The notes below the pieces were generated by a model. That model was not told the origin of the DNA. It was given only the letters and a program-made list of their open reading frames with translations, and ran no database searches. The translations under genes were made by a program, and so were the position numbers. A DNA stretch of 9,050 nucleotides from Octopus sinensis (taxonomy: Eukaryota). The stretch lies in assembly GCF_006345805.1 (NCBI RefSeq), contig NW_021828138.1, positions 1-9,050 of the forward strand, given 5' to 3'. How positions within the stretch are numbered: position 1 is the first letter of the stretch; each line of letters starts with the position of its first letter. Positions 7,531 through 9,050 of this stretch are shown piece after piece.

Positions 7531-7887
7531 AGAGAGAGAGAGAGAGAGATACTCAACATATTTATTGATTCGACTTTCTAACCTTTGCTGTTGTCGTTGC
7601 TTAACGCACCAACGCAACCACGAGTGAATGACTATGTAGAGACGTCCTCAACATTACCGCTGAGTCTCTATTGTAAACGCTTTTGTCGTTATTGCAGCCA
7701 TCACTGCTGCTGCTGCTGGTGTTACTATAGTTGTTATTGTTGTTGGTGTTGCAGCTGCTTCATATTATATTATTCTCCATAAAATTCGTTTCATTAATAA
7801 CATATTTCACAGAACATTCCGGACTCTGAACAAAAAGTAATTCGAAATATTTTCAATTCAACGCCATAGATTTTAGTTCCATTTCAC

Positions 7888-8142
<255 letters not shown>

Positions 8143-8379
8143 GTTTTTATTTCGTATATTGAATTTTTCGCAATTTACCATTCTCTTCACGTGCCATTCT
8201 ATGATGCCAGTGAACTTTAGAAATTCGCCGCATTCGCTAATCGTATTTTTTCCCCCTTGTATTTCTGACCTTCTAAATTCCGTTGTGTATTGTTTTTGAA
8301 TATTGTTAAAATAACCTACCTTCCCAATATTACGGATATTGCATTAAATTTCGTCACTGCACAAATCGTTGGCGTTACG

Positions 8380-8719
8380 ATGTGTGTATGTATGTATGTA
8401 TGTATGTATGTATGTATGTATGTATGTATGTATGTATGTATGTATGTACGTATATGCGTGTATGTAAATATATATAATCACATATATAGATATATACACA
8501 TATATATTTACACAGACACACGTGTTTGTGTATATATGTATATACATACATATATATATATACATATATATACAATATATATATATACATATATATACAT
8601 ATATATATATACATATATATACATATATATATATATATATGTATGTATGTATATGTATATATATTCATATATATATATTTATTATATATATATTATACAT
8701 ATATATATTATATATATAG

Positions 8720-8758
<39 letters not shown>

Positions 8759-8777
8759 AGTATATATATATATCTAT

Positions 8778-8840
<63 letters not shown>

Positions 8841-9005
8841 GTAAATATACATGCATACATATATTCATATATATATATGTATAATATGTCTGAGCGTGCA
8901 TGTGTTTGCATGTGTATGTGCATGCGTGTGTGTGTGTATGTATGTATGTAAGTATACATATGTGTATACATACACGCCCACACATATATGGATGTATGTA
9001 TGAAA
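8380..9005. repeat. (ATGT)n, (TA)n, (TATATAC)-like and (TG)n compound microsatellite
   Basis: Direct inspection. Confidence 0.97.
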
Positions 9006-9050
9006 GTAGGTAGATAGGTTGGTGTTTGTGATATCTTGGCGCAAAAAAAT

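Noticed and set aside
8280-8380. Minus-strand donor-like AG|GTAGGT with a short open frame
   Set aside because: No upstream acceptor (the flank is (ACAT)n) and no recognisable peptide.

Overview
AT-rich, microsatellite-saturated eukaryotic non-coding DNA (intergenic or intronic). It is almost certainly animal and most likely octopus/coleoid cephalopod; that assignment is inferred from tRNA-derived SINE sequences I recall from octopus genomes, not from a database search. No intact host gene, RNA gene or CRISPR array is supported. Most ORF-track entries are microsatellite artefacts. Recognisable content: (i) a GC-rich, frameshifted ~200-codon orphan ORF on the minus strand (449-~1041); (ii) several SINE fragments plus a 2.8 x 184-bp head-less SINE tandem array; (iii) probable Penelope-like terminal-repeat fragments anchored in (TA)n tracts, with hammerhead-ribozyme remnants and a tail-to-tail inverted pair; (iv) an internally deleted piggyBac (PGBD4-like C-terminus plus a TTAA-CCCC end) inserted in a hAT-like MITE; (v) a ~106-bp palindrome-rich minisatellite carrying seven perfect AP-1 motifs, apparently derived from the adjacent older repeat; (vi) many simple repeats. 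I see no clear new biological system. The best leads are the orphan ORF, the inverted repeat pair and the AP-1 minisatellite.
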